A stretch of DNA of 64,000 nucleotides from Clostridia bacterium (lineage in GTDB: Bacteria > Bacillota > Clostridia > JAAYHZ01), in assembly GCA_050950825.1 (NCBI GenBank), contig JBMNIH010000004.1, positions 384,001 through 448,000 of the forward strand, in the 5' to 3' direction. This document shows, one piece after another, positions 59,890-64,000 of this stretch (the stretch's first letter is position 1; every line of letters begins with the position of its first letter). Below the pieces are notes generated by a model. It was not told the origin of the DNA, searched no databases, and saw only the letters and a program-made list of their open reading frames with translations. A program made the translations under genes and the position numbers.

Positions 59890-61797
59890 CTAAATTACTT
59901 TGCCTTTAATTTCTTGATCAATTTTGTCCATGAAATCATTCAGGCTCATGGCTCCTAAGTCGCCTTCTTTTCTGGATCTTACGGCAACCATATTATTGTC
60001 CATTTCCTTATCGCCAATGACCAGCATATAAGGTATCTTTTCCAATTGGGCTTCCCTTATTTTATATCCGATCTTTTCGTTTCTTAAATCGATTTCTACT
60101 CGAATACCTTTTGCCTCCAATTCCTTTTGAACCTTTGCCGCATACTCGTGATGTTTGTCAACCAGCGGCAGGATCTTGACTTGGATAGGCGAGAGCCAAA
60201 CAGGGAAAGCACCGGCAAAATGCTCGGTCAAAATGGCAATGAAACGTTCGATGCTTCCGAATACGACTCTGTGGATCATGACCGGTCTGTGTTTTTCACC
60301 GTCAGCTCCTATATAGCTCAAGTCAAAGCGTTCGGGCATTTGGAAATCCAATTGGATGGTACCGCACTGCCAAGTACGACCGATGGAGTCTTCCAGATGG
60401 AAGTCGATTTTCGGACCGTAGAACGCTCCGTCTCCTTCGTTGATCTTGTATTCCATTTTTATAGAGTCTAATGCTTTTTTCAAGGCGTTTGTTGCAATTT
60501 CCCAATCTTCGTCGGAGCCCATGTAGCTTTCCGGCTTTGTGGACAGCTCCACATGATATTTGAATCCAAAGACCTTGTAAAAATCGTCGATTAAACTTAT
60601 AACGCCCAACACCTCGTCGGTAATTTGCTCGGGAGTCATAAATATATGTGCATCGTCTTGGGTAAAGCAACGTACTCTCATAAGTCCGTGAAGAGTTCCG
60701 GACAGCTCATGGCGATGAACCAAACCCAATTCGCAGATTCTTTGCGGCAAGTCTCTGTACGAATGCAGTTTTCTTTTGAAAACCAGCATTCCTCCGGGAC
60801 AGTTCATCGGCTTGATGGCAAAGTTTTGTTCATCAATTTTGGTAAAGTACATGTTGTCTTTATAATGATCCCAATGGCCGGAGCGATGCCACAATTCTTC
60901 GTTTAATATAATCGGTGTTCTGATTTCTTGGTAATTTCTTTTTTTGTGCTCATCACGCCAATAGCTTTCTAAAATGTTGCGAAGCACCATTCCTTTTGGC
61001 ATGAAGAACGGGAAACCCGGGCCTTCTTCATAGATATCGAAAAGATCCAATTCTCTTCCCAGCTTCCGATGATCTCGTTTTCTTGCTTCCTCTAAGCGGA
61101 ACAGATAATCATCCAGATCGCTTTTCTTGGTGAAAGCGGTTCCGTATATTCTTTGAAGCATTTTGTTCTTTTCGCTTCCGCGCCAATAAGCGCCTGCAAC
61201 GGAAAGCAGCTTAAACGCTTTTACTTTTCCCGTGGATTCCGCGTGAGGGCCGGCGCAAAGATCGGTAAAATCTCCTTGCTTGTAGAAGGAAATGGTTTCG
61301 CCTTCAGGAAGATCATTAATCAGTTCCACCTTGTACGGTTCGTTTCTTTCTTCCATGAATTTAATAGCTTCATCTCGAGACAGTGTAAACCTTTCCAGTT
61401 TAATATCTTCCTTGACTATCTTCTGCATCTCCGCTTCGATTTTTTCAAGATCTTCAACGGAGAAAGGTTTCTCTACGTCAAAATCATAATAGAATCCGGT
61501 GTCAATGGCAGGTCCAATGGCAAGCTTGGCATTAGGATACAAATGCTTTACCGCTTGTGCCAAAACGTGGGATGCCGTATGCCTTAAAGCGTGTTTTCCT
61601 CCTTCATCGTCAAAGGTAAGAAGATGCAAAGTACAATCTTGGTGTAGTTCTGCACTCAAATCCATTACTTTTCCGTCAACTTCGCCGGCAAGAACGACTC
61701 GAGCCAAACCTGCACTAATGTCTTGGGCTACTTCTTTGATTGTGATCCCTTTTCTATACTCCTTCTTGCTTCCGTCTTTTAAGGTGACTTGTATCAT
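59890..61797 (-). CDS. thrS: Threonyl-tRNA synthetase
   Basis: TGS domain, RHTASH, DLCAGPH, RDHRKLG, KPMNCP, GAFYGPKID, HRVVFGSIERF. Confidence 0.98.
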   Translation of the reverse strand: MIQVTLKDGSKKEYRKGITIKEVAQDISAGLARVVLAGEVDGKVMDLSAELHQDCTLHLLTFDDEGGKHALRHTASHVLAQAVKHLYPNAKLAIGPAIDTGFYYDFDVEKPFSVEDLEKIEAEMQKIVKEDIKLERFTLSRDEAIKFMEERNEPYKVELINDLPEGETISFYKQGDFTDLCAGPHAESTGKVKAFKLLSVAGAYWRGSEKNKMLQRIYGTAFTKKSDLDDYLFRLEEARKRDHRKLGRELDLFDIYEEGPGFPFFMPKGMVLRNILESYWRDEHKKRNYQEIRTPIILNEELWHRSGHWDHYKDNMYFTKIDEQNFAIKPMNCPGGMLVFKRKLHSYRDLPQRICELGLVHRHELSGTLHGLMRVRCFTQDDAHIFMTPEQITDEVLGVISLIDDFYKVFGFKYHVELSTKPESYMGSDEDWEIATNALKKALDSIKMEYKINEGDGAFYGPKIDFHLEDSIGRTWQCGTIQLDFQMPERFDLSYIGADGEKHRPVMIHRVVFGSIERFIAILTEHFAGAFPVWLSPIQVKILPLVDKHHEYAAKVQKELEAKGIRVEIDLRNEKIGYKIREAQLEKIPYMLVIGDKEMDNNMVAVRSRKEGDLGAMSLNDFMDKIDQEIKGKVI

Positions 61798-61842
61798 TTT
61801 AATCATTCCTTTCTTTTCATATTTTGCTGCCAAACGAATATA

Positions 61843-62062
61843 TAAAAAAACTCTCAATCCCTGTAAAGGGACGAGAGTCTATTCCCGTGGTTCCACCCTA
61901 ATTGCTTCTCATTATGATGATAACGGTATCATACCGATTGGCTCGGAGGTGGTTTTCGACCGTTTCCCCCAAAAAGTACTTTCAGCCGGGGTACTTTCTC
62001 TCTGATGGGTTGCCGCAGTTTACTCGTCTCGTCACTGCCATTGTCATAATCTTGTTCAATTA
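61843..62062 (-). promoter_or_regulatory. T-box riboswitch (Thr) leader of thrS
   Basis: AATTAGGGTGGAACCACG T-box (61903-61886); AGAGA and GCTG stem-I motifs; ACC specifier (61953-61951); terminator with U-run; promoter TTGACC-17-TATAAT (62098-62070). Confidence 0.93.
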
Positions 62063-62320
62063 TTAAGACATTATACATAGAAATTTCATTCAGGTCAACA
62101 AGTCTTTGTTGAATTTTTGCATACGTCCATTTGTCCATTTGCCGATTATATCATAGGGCCGGTTTGTTGATAAATTTTGAATCTTTCTATTAAGATAAAA
62201 GAATTTTTTGTCGAAAACCCGAGCAATCGTGATATAATTACGGCAATAAAGCGATAAATACGATTTAATCCGCATTTTTGAACAAAGCGGTTGTATTTTA
62301 AGCTTGTTGAGGTTTTCGAT

Positions 62321-63493
62321 ATGGGATATGTAAATGAGATGACACATAAAGAACGGATTTTGGCGGCTATGGGCAAACAAGAAACGGATTATTCTCCATG
62401 TCTTATCTTCTTTAATCCCCTGCATAAGGTAACCCGAGAAAATCGGAAATTTAATTTCCCATGGGGAGAGCATGCAACCACCCATGATGTCGTAAAATAT
62501 TGCCTGGAAACATGGAACATACCGCAGCTCGTTCATTTTCATATTCCCTCAAGAAGAATGCATAAGGATGTAACGGTTAAAACGTGGAAGGAAGGCAGTC
62601 TTTTATACAAACAGTACGATACGCCTGCAGGTCCTTTAAGAGCCGTAGTGGAATGCAATGCATATTGGACCCACGGAGACGATATTCCTTTAGGAACGGA
62701 TTGGACGGCGAACTTTAAAAAAGCATGGATTGAAGATGAAAAAGATTTGGAATGCATGAAGTATTTGTTTATACCGTGGGAACCGAGCCCGGATGAATTC
62801 AAATCCTTAAAAGAAAATTTCACGAGGATAAAGAATTTCGCCGATCAATACCGATTGCCCGTTTCCACCCCGGGAGGTATGGGACTGACGTTAGGCTTGC
62901 AATTATTCCTCCCGGAAAAGCTGTGCTTAAAGGTCATAGAGAATCCTGCTATCGTTCACGAATTCTTGGAAATGGAACATCAATGCAATCGAAAGGTCAT
63001 AGAGCTTGCCGGCAATTTCGGTGTGGATATAATACAAAGAAATGGTTTTTATGAAACCTGCGATTTCTACAGTCCGAAAATGCTCGAAGAATTCTTGGAA
63101 AAGCGTATTTCCGATGAAGTTGCTTTGACCCACCAAGCCGGTATGAAGATGATGTATACCGCCCACACCGGTATCATGCCCATGCTGGATTACTTGAATC
63201 GACTGAATATCGACTGCATATTCGGTATTGACATCGCTTTTCCCGGCGTGGATTTGAATAAGATAAAAGTTAAACTGTTTGATAAAAAGTCTTTGTTTAT
63301 AGGTCCCAGCAGCACCCATCACTTGTGGAATCCCGACCCCCAAGTTACAAGAAACGCCGTTAGGACGGTATACGAGACTTTCGGAAAAAGAGGTATCATT
63401 TTAGGACCTTGTGTATCCATGCACAGTATTATGCCTTGGGAGAACCTTCTGGCTATGATTGACGAATGGAAGATAATAAACGGATTGAGCTAA
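62321..63493 (+). CDS. Uroporphyrinogen-decarboxylase-fold protein
   Basis: MTHKERILAAM, YDTPAGPL, WIEDEKDLE, FYSPKMLEEF, GIILGP, PWENLLAMI. Confidence 0.75.
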   Translation: MGYVNEMTHKERILAAMGKQETDYSPCLIFFNPLHKVTRENRKFNFPWGEHATTHDVVKYCLETWNIPQLVHFHIPSRRMHKDVTVKTWKEGSLLYKQYDTPAGPLRAVVECNAYWTHGDDIPLGTDWTANFKKAWIEDEKDLECMKYLFIPWEPSPDEFKSLKENFTRIKNFADQYRLPVSTPGGMGLTLGLQLFLPEKLCLKVIENPAIVHEFLEMEHQCNRKVIELAGNFGVDIIQRNGFYETCDFYSPKMLEEFLEKRISDEVALTHQAGMKMMYTAHTGIMPMLDYLNRLNIDCIFGIDIAFPGVDLNKIKVKLFDKKSLFIGPSSTHHLWNPDPQVTRNAVRTVYETFGKRGIILGPCVSMHSIMPWENLLAMIDEWKIINGLS

Positions 63494-63619
63494 TACCTCG
63501 TATTTTACTTTCAATTTTTATACGTACTTTTTAGTTGTTTTAAAAAGTTCATCTTTTTGTGTATGCATTTAGACACCTCCCATTCTTTTATTATAATCTC
63601 AAATCAATTTTTATGAAGG

Positions 63620-63648
63620 TGTAGCTTTTTTCATTTCCATTCGTCTAA
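63620..63648 (+). promoter_or_regulatory. Candidate ECF-sigma autoregulatory promoter
   Basis: TGTAGC-16-CGTCTAA upstream of the ECF gene, resembling TG(A/C)AAC-16-CGTC. Confidence 0.45.
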
Positions 63649-63695
63649 CGGGTGAGCAGCAAATTCGAATACCGGTATTTCGAGGAGGTGTATTT

Positions 63696-64000
63696 GTGAG
63701 TGACAATGAGAAGAAATTAGTGAAAAGAATTCTCTCGGGAGATGAAAAAGCTTTCGAGGAGTTGTTTGACGCCCTACACTCTCAAGTCTATAACATTTGT
63801 CTTGGATTCATGAAAAATCCGCAAGATGCAAAAGATATGGCACAAGAAACCTTCATCAAAATCTATCAAAAATTACATACCTTCCGTTTCCAATGCAGTC
63901 TGACCACTTGGATTTACTCCATATGCGCAAGTACTTGTTTGGACGCACTGCGAAGACAACAAAGATTGATAACGGGGGAGCTAAAGGAATCGGACGCAAC
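63696..64000 (+). CDS. ECF RNA polymerase sigma factor (runs off window)
   Basis: Not in ORF track. GAGGAGGTG RBS then GTG: MSDNEKKLVKRILSGDEKAFEELF...DAKDMAQETFIKIY...F...TWIYSICASTCLDALRR (sigma-70 region 2). Confidence 0.9.
   Translation, partial: MSDNEKKLVKRILSGDEKAFEELFDALHSQVYNICLGFMKNPQDAKDMAQETFIKIYQKLHTFRFQCSLTTWIYSICASTCLDALRRQQRLITGELKESDA

Noticed and set aside
59721-59909. 62-aa ORF between the J-domain gene and thrS
   Set aside because: No RBS, runs through the thrS terminator/repeat and overlaps the thrS stop; probably spurious.
61929-62138. 69-aa ORF upstream of thrS
   Set aside because: Overlaps the T-box leader and its promoter, which explain the region.

Overview
64 kb of chromosome from a spore-forming Clostridia-like Firmicute, inferred from a germination receptor operon, abrB with a Spo0A box, a T-box, and Rex and ArgR boxes. 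Housekeeping and metabolic genes: proBA, PBP1A, cysD/cysN/cysC, htpG, adhE, an amino-acid ABC transporter, mutY, thrS and a methanogen-type homocysteine/sulfide-assimilation trio. These are interspersed with many orphan catabolic genes: clan-A-like glycosidases, SGNH, M81, sialidase-like, sugar kinases and three URO-D-fold proteins. The most notable signal is a 14-15 bp G-tagged repeat, GGGGACGGTTCTCA(A), with six exact copies, one single-mismatch copy and degenerate hairpin partners. Two inverted copies bracket a RAYT-type HUH tyrosine transposase (with a DnaA-C-like tail) plus a cupin gene, and another inverted pair brackets a glycosidase plus a J-domain gene. Four copies sit 3-15 nt after stop codons and one lies inside a CDS. 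This suggests a RAYT/short-inverted-repeat system that may carry cargo genes; that is an inference, not a demonstration. No rRNA, tRNA or CRISPR array was recognised. All product calls come from motif recognition by eye, with no database searches.
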